22,421 bases of DNA, taken from a virus (taxonomy: Duplodnaviria > Heunggongvirae > Uroviricota > Caudoviricetes). The stretch's first letter is position 1, and each line of letters begins with the position of its first letter. A model generated the notes under the pieces. That model saw only the letters and a list, made by a program, of their open reading frames with translations, ran no database searches and was not told the DNA's origin. A program made the position numbers and the translations under genes. This document shows positions 1 to 7,953 of this stretch, piece by piece. The stretch covers positions 1 to 22,421 of the IMG/VR virus record IMGVR_UViG_2724679538_000008; one strand, given 5' to 3'.

Positions 1-1161
1 TTACCTCGCATTTAAGTAAACTACGTTCTCCTCTTGTGCCGTATTTGTGCCATTGCGACTTATAATCGCATCGATTTTGCTCGCGTGCTCGGTGAGATGC
101 CCAGCTGAAAGGTGGGCGTATCTTTGAACCATTTCGAGAGTTTCCCATCCTCCCATCTCTTTAAGTGCAAGAAGAGAGACACCGGACTGAACCAGCCAGC
201 TTGCCCAGGTATGCCTCAGGTCATGGAAGCGGAAGTTGCTAATGCCTGCCCGCTTTAACGCTCCCTTCCATGCCTTGTTGCTGTCGGTTCTCATCTTCCT
301 TACCGCTGCTGTTTTTGTTCCGTCGCTTCGGTAGGCAGGTTTGGTGTGGACAAATACCCATCTCTTATGGAGCCCCTGCTGTTTTCTTAATATCTGGCAT
401 GCGGTTTCGTTAAGAGGAACTCCGATCGCATTGCCAGCTTTTGTTTCATCAGGGTGCATCCATGCCATTTTCTTATCCAGATCGACCTGTGACCACTCAA
501 GGTCTGTAACGTTGGAACGACGAAGGCCTGTCGTGATTGCAAACATGACCACAGGGAAGAAATGAGGAGCAATTTCTGCAAACAGGCGCTTCGATTCCTC
601 CTCTGTAAGCCATCTGATTCGTCCATTCTTAACGCGTGGTGTTGATATTTTGGGCGCCCTGTCAAGCCATCCCCATTCAACAGCCATATTGAGAATAGCG
701 CGAAGTATTGCCAGATGCCGCGTCTTCGTTCCTTTGCTTGCCAGCTTTGGTTTATACTCCGGCACTGGCTTGCCAAGCCGCAAACACCTATCCCGGCTCA
801 TCTCCCAGTTCAGGCGATGGCGGCGGTTTTCCATCCCGTCTACCGCCTCCATTATTTTTTCTGTTGTTATGTCAGAGAGAATGGTTTCTCTGAAGTGCAA
901 CATCCAGAACGATATAATGCTCTTGTCATCATCAATGGACTTCTTATCCGATTTCTCACGCAGCCACCGTATGCAGGCTTCCTTGAATAGCTTTTTCGGT
1001 GATTCCCCGAGATTTTTTACTCTCCACGCTTCTGCTTTCAGACGATCGTGAAGTTCTTGCGCTTGCCTCTTGTCCGATGTTTCAAGAGAGCGTCTAACTC
1101 TTGATCCATCTGGCGCGACGAAATCGCAGTGCCATGTGCCACCGCGCAGTTTGATTGACAT
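1..1161 (-). CDS. int: Phage integrase, tyrosine recombinase
   Basis: 386-aa ORF; C-terminal catalytic region 'FHDLRHTWASWLVQSGVSLLALKEMGGWETLEMVQRYAHLS' (R..H..R..Y tyrosine recombinase signature). Stop codon at the window edge, as expected for the gene next to the attachment site. Overlapped at its 5' end by an excisionase-like ORF. Confidence 0.9.
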   Translation of the reverse strand: MSIKLRGGTWHCDFVAPDGSRVRRSLETSDKRQAQELHDRLKAEAWRVKNLGESPKKLFKEACIRWLREKSDKKSIDDDKSIISFWMLHFRETILSDITTEKIMEAVDGMENRRHRLNWEMSRDRCLRLGKPVPEYKPKLASKGTKTRHLAILRAILNMAVEWGWLDRAPKISTPRVKNGRIRWLTEEESKRLFAEIAPHFFPVVMFAITTGLRRSNVTDLEWSQVDLDKKMAWMHPDETKAGNAIGVPLNETACQILRKQQGLHKRWVFVHTKPAYRSDGTKTAAVRKMRTDSNKAWKGALKRAGISNFRFHDLRHTWASWLVQSGVSLLALKEMGGWETLEMVQRYAHLSAGHLTEHASKIDAIISRNGTNTAQEENVVYLNAR

Positions 1162-1385
1162 GCTTTAACCTCCTGCACATCAACCGCATTCACCGCGCCA
1201 TTGTGTCTCACAGACTTAAGCGCCGCAATGCAGTCTGACTTGCAAATGCGATATGGGCTTTTAGGTTTATCTGGATTTATCTTTGCGGCTTGAAGTCGTC
1301 CACTTCGTATCCACTGCGTGATAGTGCCTTTGTCTACCTTCAGATACGACGCAGCCTCTTCACGAGTGAAGATTTCTTCTTCCAC
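1038..1385 (-). CDS. xis: Excisionase-like DNA-binding protein (Xis/AlpA-type HTH)
   Basis: ORF overlapping the int 5' end by ~124 nt. Contains 'EEAASYLKVDKGTITQWIRSGRLQAAKINPDKPKSPYRICKSDCIAAL', typical of Xis/AlpA winged-helix proteins. The six-frame ORF extends to 1457, but a GTG at 1385 places the HTH at the N-terminus; the start is uncertain. Confidence 0.6.
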   Translation of the reverse strand: MEEEIFTREEAASYLKVDKGTITQWIRSGRLQAAKINPDKPKSPYRICKSDCIAALKSVRHNGAVNAVDVQEVKACQSNCAVAHGTAISSRQMDQELDALLKHRTRGKRKNFTIV

Positions 1386-1453
1386 TTGGAGTCTCCATTT
1401 ATTGGATTGACATGATTGCTGTAGGTCTGGATATCTTGAGAAGCTGGCAGGCC

Positions 1454-1732
1454 TCATCGAGTGTGAGGCTGTATGATTCCATGGTTACCTCTGCTTTTTG
1501 AACGCATGTCACGTAACTTCTTAATGTGTTCTGCCGTTTCGATCTCTTCTGCTATCCGATCTGCATCAGCTTTATTCACAGGTTCAAAGTCATGATTAAA
1601 TCGGAACATGCTGGCGATACATGTTCTGCCTTTTCGGATGTAGTGAACTTTGTTGTGGGTAGAACGCAGGATTTTGCAGGGAGTGCCGTGGTGATCGACG
1701 TACCAGGTGTTAGGAAAAATGATTCTGAACAT
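1454..1732 (-). CDS. Hypothetical small prophage protein (92 aa)
   Basis: Open frame in the same orientation as int/xis, with compact spacing to neighbours. No motif recognised. Confidence 0.4.
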   Translation of the reverse strand: MFRIIFPNTWYVDHHGTPCKILRSTHNKVHYIRKGRTCIASMFRFNHDFEPVNKADADRIAEEIETAEHIKKLRDMRSKSRGNHGIIQPHTR

Positions 1733-1779
1733 TTTTACACCTCAATTGGACGATGTTGAAATTTGCTGCTTTGAGGCCA

Positions 1780-1998
1780 TCACAGTCCCCATTGTTTGTT
1801 CTTAAGTTCGATCTCCTCCTGGCAACTTGCACAAGTCCGACAACCCTGAACGGCCAGGCGTCTTCGTTCATCTATCGGATCGCCACACTCACAACAATGA
1901 GTGGCAGATATAGCCTGGTGGTTCAGGCGGCGCATTTTTATTGCTGTGTTGCGCTGTAATTCTTCAATTTCTGATGCTGAATCAATGATGTCTGCCAT
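1780..1998 (-). CDS. TraR/DksA-family C4 zinc-finger protein (lambda orf73-like)
   Basis: 72-aa protein with 'CxxC...17 aa...CxxC' ('CCECGDPIDERRRLAVQGCRTCASCQ') preceded by a short helical region, the TraR/DksA C4 zinc-finger layout. Size and position (between xis and the accessory genes) match lambda orf73. Confidence 0.75.
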   Translation of the reverse strand: MADIIDSASEIEELQRNTAIKMRRLNHQAISATHCCECGDPIDERRRLAVQGCRTCASCQEEIELKNKQWGL

Positions 1999-2049
1999 CT
2001 TTCATTAATCCCTGAATTGTTGGTTAATACGCTTGAGGGTGAATGCGAA

Positions 2050-2074
2050 TAATAAAAAAGGAGCCTGTAGCTCC
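2050..2074 (-). terminator. Putative intrinsic terminator (short stem + U-tract) downstream of the DGQHR gene
   Basis: On the minus strand: GGAGC-uacag-GCUCC (2060-2074) followed by UUUUUUAUU (complement of the plus-strand A-run at 2051-2059). The stem is only 5 bp, so it may be weak or partial. The plus strand is also T-rich after the hairpin. Confidence 0.4.
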
Positions 2075-2151
2075 ATGATGATTTTGTTTTTCATGTTCAC
2101 CGTTCCTTAAAGACGCCGTACAGCATGCTGATATGAGACAATGTTGATTCA

Positions 2152-3216
2152 TTAAGTTGATTCCAGACTTCCTTTGGTAAAAGCTTGTATCAGTCTGTTT
2201 GCTGCTGCTTTCTGCGCTGCCACATTGGCAATAACAGATAGTTTTTCCTGGCTGGCTTTCGTGCAGATCCCCGCCCAGTTATCCATCAGAAAAAAATCCT
2301 CTCTTTCTGCAGAGCTGGTAGTTGCACATAGTTTTTCGATCATAGAAGTTATTTCTGCGATGGAATGATTAACCATCATCTGTTGAACCGCAAAACCGAA
2401 AGCGTTAATCATTACTCCATGGAACTGAATATAATCGCGCTTGTACGTAGCGTGGTGTACACCATGTCGGATTGAGTCAATCTGAGTTAGTGTAATCCAT
2501 GCCTCCCAGACAGATTCTATATATCCCATTTCAAGTTGTTGATTGCCGTTCCTAGCGAACTTTGACGTTGCATCAGTGAGTGCCTTGAAACTCACCCACA
2601 TATTACTTTTTAATGGCACTACGTTGTGTTCAAAATCGGTTATATCGGCAAATACAGTATGTTGGGTCAGGAAGGATATCATTCCCTGAGCAATATCATC
2701 CCGGCCGTTATACGCCATATTGATGGTCGCTGATGGCTTAGAAACGTTGTTATTTATGTCCGAAAAGAACTGCTGCCGGGTTTTTAGCGGCAGATTCATT
2801 GTAAGCATCATGGGAACCATGAGTGTTGATGGGGAACTTCGGCAAAATATCTCAATGCCAGCTGCACGATGTTGACCATCAAAAAGTTTTATTTCGGCGT
2901 CGAGGGGAATTCTGGCTATACCAACATTTGTGTTGCCAAACGGTACAAATTCTATATTCGAATCACAGTTACCTACGAGAGGGGGAATGATAAAAGGCTC
3001 ATTTCTTGAGTCTGCGTTAGTGAGATAATTTAAAAATTTTCGTACTCGATTTGGATTAATTTCTCGCTGAGAGCGTTCCAGTGTATGGCCGTAATTATCT
3101 GAAGCGAGGAAACGAGCCAGCGATCTTCCTGGTATGGTAAGGAAGAGTGTAACAGTACCACCCTGTACACCTTGCGATGCCGGAAATTCGAATGAATGAT
3201 TACCAACCTGACTCAT
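2152..3216 (-). CDS. DGQHR-domain protein (DndB/DpdB-like, ParB-like fold family), stand-alone
   Basis: 354-aa ORF containing the literal motif 'KLFDGQHRAAGIE' (DGQHR). Strong SD 'CAGGAGGA' 6 nt upstream of the ATG. The start overlaps the stop of an upstream 54-aa ORF (ATGA). Confidence 0.75.
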   Translation of the reverse strand: MSQVGNHSFEFPASQGVQGGTVTLFLTIPGRSLARFLASDNYGHTLERSQREINPNRVRKFLNYLTNADSRNEPFIIPPLVGNCDSNIEFVPFGNTNVGIARIPLDAEIKLFDGQHRAAGIEIFCRSSPSTLMVPMMLTMNLPLKTRQQFFSDINNNVSKPSATINMAYNGRDDIAQGMISFLTQHTVFADITDFEHNVVPLKSNMWVSFKALTDATSKFARNGNQQLEMGYIESVWEAWITLTQIDSIRHGVHHATYKRDYIQFHGVMINAFGFAVQQMMVNHSIAEITSMIEKLCATTSSAEREDFFLMDNWAGICTKASQEKLSVIANVAAQKAAANRLIQAFTKGSLEST

Positions 3217-3377
3217 ATATCCTCCTGTTTATTATTTATCTTCTCAGCCAGCCGCTGTGCTTTCAGGGGATTTCGGATAACAGAAAGGCCGGGAAATACC
3301 CAGCCTCGCTTTGTAACGGAGTAGACGAAAGTGATCGTGCCTACCCGGATATTATCGTGAGTATGCTTCATCGCCAT
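3213..3377 (-). CDS. Small hypothetical protein (54 aa) translationally coupled between exo and the DGQHR gene
   Basis: Hand-translated ORF '[54 protein letters not shown]'; below the length cut-off of the supplied ORF track. Its start overlaps the exo stop (ATGGCGATGA) and its stop overlaps the DGQHR start (ATGA). 'GGGGAG' lies upstream. Confidence 0.4.
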   Translation of the reverse strand: MAMKHTHDNIRVGTITFVYSVTKRGWVFPGLSVIRNPLKAQRLAEKINNKQEDI

Positions 3378-4048
3378 TGCTCCCCAAATACAAAACCAAT
3401 TTCAGCCAGTGCCTCGTCCATTTTTTCGATGAACTCCGGCACCATCTCGTCAAAACTCGCCATGTACTTTTCATCCCGCTCAACCACGACATAATGCAGG
3501 CCTTCACGCTTCATACGCGGGTCATAGTTGGCAAAGTACCAGGCATCTTTTCGCGTCACCCACATGCTGTACTGCACCTGGGCCATGTAAGCCGATTTTA
3601 TGGCCTCGAAACCACCGAGCCGGAACTTCATGAAATCCCGGGAGGTAAACGGGCATTTCAGTTCAAGGCCGTTGCCATCACTGCATAAACCATCGGGAGA
3701 GCAGGCGGTGCGCATACTTTCGTCGCGATAGATGATCGGGGATTCAATAACATTCACGCCGGAAGTGAACTCAAACAGGGTTCTGGCGTCGTTCTCGTAC
3801 TGTTTTCCCCAGGCCAGCGCTTTAGCGTTAACTTCCGGAGCCACACCGGTGCAAACCTCAGCCAGCAGGGTGTGGAAGTAGGACATTTTCATGTCAGGCC
3901 ATTTCTTTCCGGATCGGGGTTTTGCTATCACGTTGTGAACTTCTGAAGCTGTAATGACGCCGAGCCGTAATTTGTGCCACGCATCATCCCCCTGTTCGAC
4001 AGCTCTCACGTCGATCCCGGTACGCTGCAGTATAATGTCCGGTGTCAT
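3368..4048 (-). CDS. exo: Lambda exonuclease (Red-alpha, 5'-3' dsDNA exonuclease)
   Basis: 226-aa protein near-identical, from memory, to lambda Exo ('[65 protein letters not shown]...'). Start overlaps the bet stop. Confidence 0.97.
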   Translation of the reverse strand: MTPDIILQRTGIDVRAVEQGDDAWHKLRLGVITASEVHNVIAKPRSGKKWPDMKMSYFHTLLAEVCTGVAPEVNAKALAWGKQYENDARTLFEFTSGVNVIESPIIYRDESMRTACSPDGLCSDGNGLELKCPFTSRDFMKFRLGGFEAIKSAYMAQVQYSMWVTRKDAWYFANYDPRMKREGLHYVVVERDEKYMASFDEMVPEFIEKMDEALAEIGFVFGEQWR

Positions 4049-4830
4049 GCTGCCACCTTCTGCTCAGTGGCTTTCTGTTTCAGGAATCCAAGAGCTTTCA
4101 CTGCTTCGGCCTGTGTCAGTTCTGACGATGCGCGAATGTCGCGGCGAAATATCTGGGAACAGAGCGGCAATAAGTCGTCATCCCATGTTTTATCCAGGGC
4201 GATCAGCAGAGTGTTAATCTCCTGCATGGTTTCATCGTTAACCGGAGTGATGTCGCGTTCCGGCTGACGTTCTGCAGTGTATGCGGTATTTTCGACAATG
4301 CGCTCGGCTTCATCCTTGTCATAGATACCCGCAAATCCGAAGGCCAGACGGGCACACTGAATCATGGCTTTATGCCGTAACATCCGTTTGGGATGCGACT
4401 GCCACGGCCCCGTGATTTCTCTGCCTTCGCGGGTTTTGAATGGTTCGCGGCGGCATTCATCCATCCACTCGGTAACGCAGATCGGATGATTACGGTCCTT
4501 GCGGTAAATCCGGCATGTGCAGGATTCATTGTCCTGCTCAAAGTCCATGCCATCAAACTGCTGGTTTTCATTGATGATACGGGACCAGCCATCAACGCCC
4601 ACCACCGGAACGATGCCGTTCTGCTTGTCAGGGAAGGCGTAAATTTCTTTCGTCCACGGATTAAGGCCGTATTGGTTGGCGACGATCAGCAATGCGATGA
4701 ACTGCGCATCGCTGGCATCGCCTTTAAATGCTGTCTGGCGAAGAGTGGTGATCAGTTCCTGTGGGTCGACAGAATCCATGCCGACACGTTCAGCCAGCTT
4801 CCCAGCCAGCGTTGCGAGTGCTGTACTCAT
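4045..4830 (-). CDS. bet: Red-beta single-strand annealing protein
   Basis: 261-aa protein matching lambda Beta ('[68 protein letters not shown]...'). Position between gam and exo. Confidence 0.97.
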   Translation of the reverse strand: MSTALATLAGKLAERVGMDSVDPQELITTLRQTAFKGDASDAQFIALLIVANQYGLNPWTKEIYAFPDKQNGIVPVVGVDGWSRIINENQQFDGMDFEQDNESCTCRIYRKDRNHPICVTEWMDECRREPFKTREGREITGPWQSHPKRMLRHKAMIQCARLAFGFAGIYDKDEAERIVENTAYTAERQPERDITPVNDETMQEINTLLIALDKTWDDDLLPLCSQIFRRDIRASSELTQAEAVKALGFLKQKATEQKVAA

Positions 4831-4835
4831 CCGTT

Positions 4836-5132
4836 TTATACCTCTGAATCAATATCAACCTGGTGGTGAGCAATGGTTTCAACCATGTACCGGATGTGTT
4901 CTGCCATGCGCTCCTGAAACTCAACATCGTCATCAAACGCACGGGTAATGGCTTTTTTGCTGGCCCCGTGGCGTTGCAAATGATCGATGCATAGCGATTC
5001 AAACAGGTGCTGGGGCAGGCCTTTTTCCATGTCGTCTGCCAGTTCTGCCTCTTTCTCTTCATGGGCGATCTGCTGGTAGTGACGCGCCCAGCTCTGAGCC
5101 TCAAGACGATCCTGAATGTAATAAGCGTTCAT
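4836..5132 (-). CDS. gam: Gam, RecBCD inhibitor (short GamS-length form only)
   Basis: 98-aa ORF '[60 protein letters not shown]...VDIDSEV' matching lambda Gam from its internal Met. The in-frame upstream region is closed by a stop about 19 codons upstream. Confidence 0.93.
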   Translation of the reverse strand: MNAYYIQDRLEAQSWARHYQQIAHEEKEAELADDMEKGLPQHLFESLCIDHLQRHGASKKAITRAFDDDVEFQERMAEHIRYMVETIAHHQVDIDSEV

Positions 5133-5207
5133 GGCTGAACTCCTGAAAATGGCTGTGAAAATATCGCCCGCGAAATGCCAGGCTGATTAGGTAAACAGGA
5201 AAGGGGA

Positions 5208-5618
5208 TTAGTGATTCAGACCGTTACCGCGCCCGTCGAGAAAAACTTCCACGAGCAAGTCACGGGTATAAGTGCGCTCGATGCCGCGATGCAGATAAAG
5301 CCGTCCGCGTAAATTAGCTGATGCGGTCCAGGTACCATCTTTGTGTTTGACCAGCATTCCTGGCATGACCGCACCGCGATTAACGGTCTGCGTTCCGTAA
5401 TGTTGATGAACCATAAAAACTCCTGCCCGTAAGCTGGGCTGCTGAACATATAAAGACTTCTGCGCGTATTCAGGCGGTGGATGGCCGCCGGTTGTCATAA
5501 CTAAGTCGCCTCGTTGAAGCAACTGAGGTATGAAGTGTTGAGTTGATTTCAGCTGGTCACACCGACGTTCACGCGTCCGCTTCACCCCTCGCACTCCCCG
5601 GAGCCTGCTGAAATTCAA
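5208..5618 (-). CDS. Hypothetical protein in the N / early-left position (start uncertain)
   Basis: 136-aa frame if the TTG at 5618 is used, giving an arginine-rich N-terminus 'RLRGVRGVKRTRERR'. The first ATG is at 5498 (97 aa, 'MTTGGHPPPEY...'). Lies between the candidate OL/pL region and gam. No family recognised. Confidence 0.4.
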   Translation of the reverse strand: MNFSRLRGVRGVKRTRERRCDQLKSTQHFIPQLLQRGDLVMTTGGHPPPEYAQKSLYVQQPSLRAGVFMVHQHYGTQTVNRGAVMPGMLVKHKDGTWTASANLRGRLYLHRGIERTYTRDLLVEVFLDGRGNGLNH

Positions 5619-5702
5619 GCTGCGGATCTAAGCGGTCATCGCAACGGTGAATCAGGTGGTTGCCGTATCGTTGTGTTGTTGCGATGAACTCATTTAAAAC
5701 TA

Positions 5703-5766
5703 TAGTTGTTTTATCGTCAACAACAAAAGTTGTTTTATTGGTTTTTTTAGATATAACTGGTTGTAT
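5703..5766. promoter_or_regulatory. Candidate OL/pL operator region (GTTGTT/AACAAC half-sites)
   Basis: 'tAGTTGTTttatcgtcAACAACaaaAGTTGTTttattGGTTttt...ctGGTTGTAttt' has repeated half-sites identical to those of the palindrome in the cI-cro intergenic region. Sits at the lambda OL position between the N-position ORF and the rex-position gene. Confidence 0.45.
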
Positions 5767-5894
5767 TTAGGATGGATTTATTTTGTGACTTGAATCGCAT
5801 AGCGATAACTGAAGGGAGGTTGTGGTGGTTTTTTGAACGGTTTGTGTGATGAGGGGAGGCAAAAGAAAACCCGGCACGGTGGCCGGGGTGGGAT

Positions 5895-6743
5895 TTATGC
5901 TGATTTTTTAGTATGTCTACTATTATATTTTTCTAGCAGATCTGCTAACTGATCTTCTTTTGGTGGTCTAGGGAGATTGTTTCTTACATTGCTTCGCTTC
6001 TGAGCTTCAGCTATTCGATCACCAAAGTATCTTTTGAAGATCTCGTATTCTGCACAGTTTTCCGGATCTACATCATAAAATGATAACTTGCCGTAAATTG
6101 CACAAAACCAGTCAGCGCATTGAATTGTTTGGTATAGTTTACTGTCTACTTGTACAGGGGCTTCAAGCAATTGATACTTCTCTTCTTGATGCATTTCATA
6201 GATTGCTTCTTTAACAATCTCGCTTCTCATTTCATGATCGTCCATGAAAATCAAGAATTGAGCATCTTGATTTTTGAACTCATTGTCTAGCCGTTTTATT
6301 ACTTCTTTAAAGCTTGATTTATAAGTTCGTTGAGGGTTATGAGATGCAACACCAATGCGTTTAGCTTCTCCTACGTAGAAAAGAAAGCCGCCATAACGAG
6401 TAATAGTGTTAATTATTCTGTTTGTGCTTCTTGTTAAGTATTTTTTGTACTGTGTTAAATTTTTTACAGAATACTGTTTGGAACCTTTTTTCTCCCAACA
6501 TGACAACTGGAAACGCTCGCCCTTAGCTTGTGCCTTTCTTCTGGCTTCTGGTATGTCATAAGAACCGAACAGTTGTTGCTTATGCTTGAAGAAGAAATGA
6601 GAAAAATCTCTTACTCTATTGGCTGGTAGGACGAATCCACCAAGCCCAAAAACTGGATGTGTATTATGCTGAGGATGTTTCTTGGAAATGTACGGGCCAT
6701 CATGACCAAACTCATCCAAGTAAACTATGAATATATTTGACAT
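5895..6743 (-). CDS. DUF3800-like protein in the rexAB position (downstream of cI, same strand)
   Basis: ORF track 5895..6758; the likely start is the second ATG (6743), preceded by 'GGGGCAAGG', giving 'MSNIFIVYLDEFGHDG...'. The N-terminal '[IV]Y[IL]DE.G' type start is what I recall for DUF3800. AT-rich relative to the flanking lambda genes. Confidence 0.5.
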   Translation of the reverse strand: MSNIFIVYLDEFGHDGPYISKKHPQHNTHPVFGLGGFVLPANRVRDFSHFFFKHKQQLFGSYDIPEARRKAQAKGERFQLSCWEKKGSKQYSVKNLTQYKKYLTRSTNRIINTITRYGGFLFYVGEAKRIGVASHNPQRTYKSSFKEVIKRLDNEFKNQDAQFLIFMDDHEMRSEIVKEAIYEMHQEEKYQLLEAPVQVDSKLYQTIQCADWFCAIYGKLSFYDVDPENCAEYEIFKRYFGDRIAEAQKRSNVRNNLPRPPKEDQLADLLEKYNSRHTKKSA

Positions 6744-6916
6744 TACCTTGCCCCACATACACGGAAGCCCGACTTAAAAAAGCCGGGCCCCGGAATCAGC
6801 AGCAGAAGAAGGTTAAATCTCCCGCCTCTTGTGTTTAAGTATCAGAGAATGTCATCAAAAAGTCAATATGTGTTATGGGAAAATATTACTCAAATACCTC
6901 ATCAGAACACGGCTGA

Positions 6917-7606
6917 TTATCCGTGTTTCCTATACGTCTGCGGCATACTGCCAATAACCTTCCCGAAGATAAACACTCGGTTCATCTCGTCTTTCTCGAT
7001 CGGGTCCCACGGTGAGTAGCTCTTGTTATCAGAGATGACCAGCAGCTTATCCTTCATCATTTGCAGGCGCTTTACATGGGCTGTGTCGTCGTACAGAAAC
7101 GCATAGATACCATCACCGTCGAAAGATTTAACAGTGATATCAACGAACAGCAGATCACCTGGTTCGATCGTTCCTGACATGCTGTCACCACGCACGTTAA
7201 TGATGCGGATATTTTCCGCCTTCCTACCATCGAACATGTGACGAGCATCGTCAAATGAGTACTCAACCGAGCGTAGAACTTCTACAAACTCACGGTTGAT
7301 GACTCCCGGCCCAGCACTGACTTCTATATCAAGAACGTCAATCTTGAAGTATTTGGAATGGCTGACAGTTGATTGTATTGGTTGCACTGTACTGTCTGAC
7401 ATATTTCCAACGCCAGAAGATAACCATTCTGCGCGCACACCCAAAGCGTTCGCGATCTCCACGATTTTAGTTGTTTGGTTAGCTTTCCCTGTTTCGATTT
7501 TCTGAATAGCAGCCTGGCTAACCCCAACCAAATCCCCAAGTGCCTTTTGTGTAAGGCCTCGCGCTAATCTGGCTTCTTTAAGTCTTTCTGAGAGTGTTGT
7601 TTTCAT
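6917..7606 (-). CDS. cI: CI-like prophage repressor (HTH_XRE N-domain + S24/LexA-like peptidase C-domain)
   Basis: 'MKTTLSERLKEARLARGLTQKALGDLVGVSQAAIQKIETGK' HTH followed by a C-terminal region with '...VRGDSMSGTIEPGDLLFVD...' (S24 Ser/Lys autocleavage-type domain). ORF track starts at 7672; the Met at 7606 gives the canonical N-terminus. Divergent from the cro-like gene. Confidence 0.85.
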   Translation of the reverse strand: MKTTLSERLKEARLARGLTQKALGDLVGVSQAAIQKIETGKANQTTKIVEIANALGVRAEWLSSGVGNMSDSTVQPIQSTVSHSKYFKIDVLDIEVSAGPGVINREFVEVLRSVEYSFDDARHMFDGRKAENIRIINVRGDSMSGTIEPGDLLFVDITVKSFDGDGIYAFLYDDTAHVKRLQMMKDKLLVISDNKSYSPWDPIEKDEMNRVFIFGKVIGSMPQTYRKHG

Positions 7607-7647
7607 AGACCAAATGTACAACCAAGGTTTTATTCCATCAAACGAAA

Positions 7648-7672
7648 ATGGTTGTTGACTAAAAACAACCAT
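7648..7672. promoter_or_regulatory. OR-type operator palindrome within the cI-cro divergent promoter region
   Basis: Perfect inverted repeat ATGGTTGTT-gactaaa-AACAACCAT. It overlaps a TTGACT -35-like hexamer (7652-7657) facing cro. A further GGTTGTT lies at 7704-7710, next to the cro RBS. Confidence 0.55.
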
Positions 7673-7710
7673 AGTTTTAATCTTGATTCAGATTAACCAC
7701 GGAGGTTGTT

Positions 7711-7941
7711 ATGAACCCAGCAATCAAAACAGCGATCAATATAGTTGGTTCACAAAAGAAACTGGGCGATGCCTGCGAAGTTTCACAGCAGGCCGTCTAT
7801 AAGTGGCTTCACAACAAAGCAAAGGTATCCCCTGAACATGTCGGCAGCATTGTTACGGCTACTGGTGGAGTTGTGAAGGCATACCAGATTCGCCCGGATC
7901 TTCCGAAGTTGTTTCCACACACCGAAAAGAACGCAGCTTAA
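7711..7941 (+). CDS. cro: Cro-like HTH regulator (YdaS/Cro family)
   Basis: 76-aa protein with HTH 'KKLGDACEVSQQAVYKWLHNKAKVS'. SD 'GGAGG' upstream. Divergent from cI across the operator region. Confidence 0.7.
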   Translation: MNPAIKTAINIVGSQKKLGDACEVSQQAVYKWLHNKAKVSPEHVGSIVTATGGVVKAYQIRPDLPKLFPHTEKNAA

Positions 7942-7953
7942 ATTTCCATTTCA

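Noticed and set aside
341-1051. Several plus-strand ORFs of 61-133 aa (341..565, 650..1051, 708..893, 715..990) and the minus-strand ORF 387..776
   Set aside because: All lie inside the integrase gene, antisense or out of frame. Integrase has a clear catalytic signature; the others have no motifs or RBS and are shadow frames.
3954-4948. Plus-strand ORFs 3954..4217, 3974..4267, 4393..4869, 4676..4948 and minus-strand ORF 4362..4595
   Set aside because: Antisense or alternative-frame shadows inside bet and exo, which are confidently identified. Their Ala/Arg/Ser-rich, low-complexity translations are typical of shadow frames in GC-rich coding DNA.
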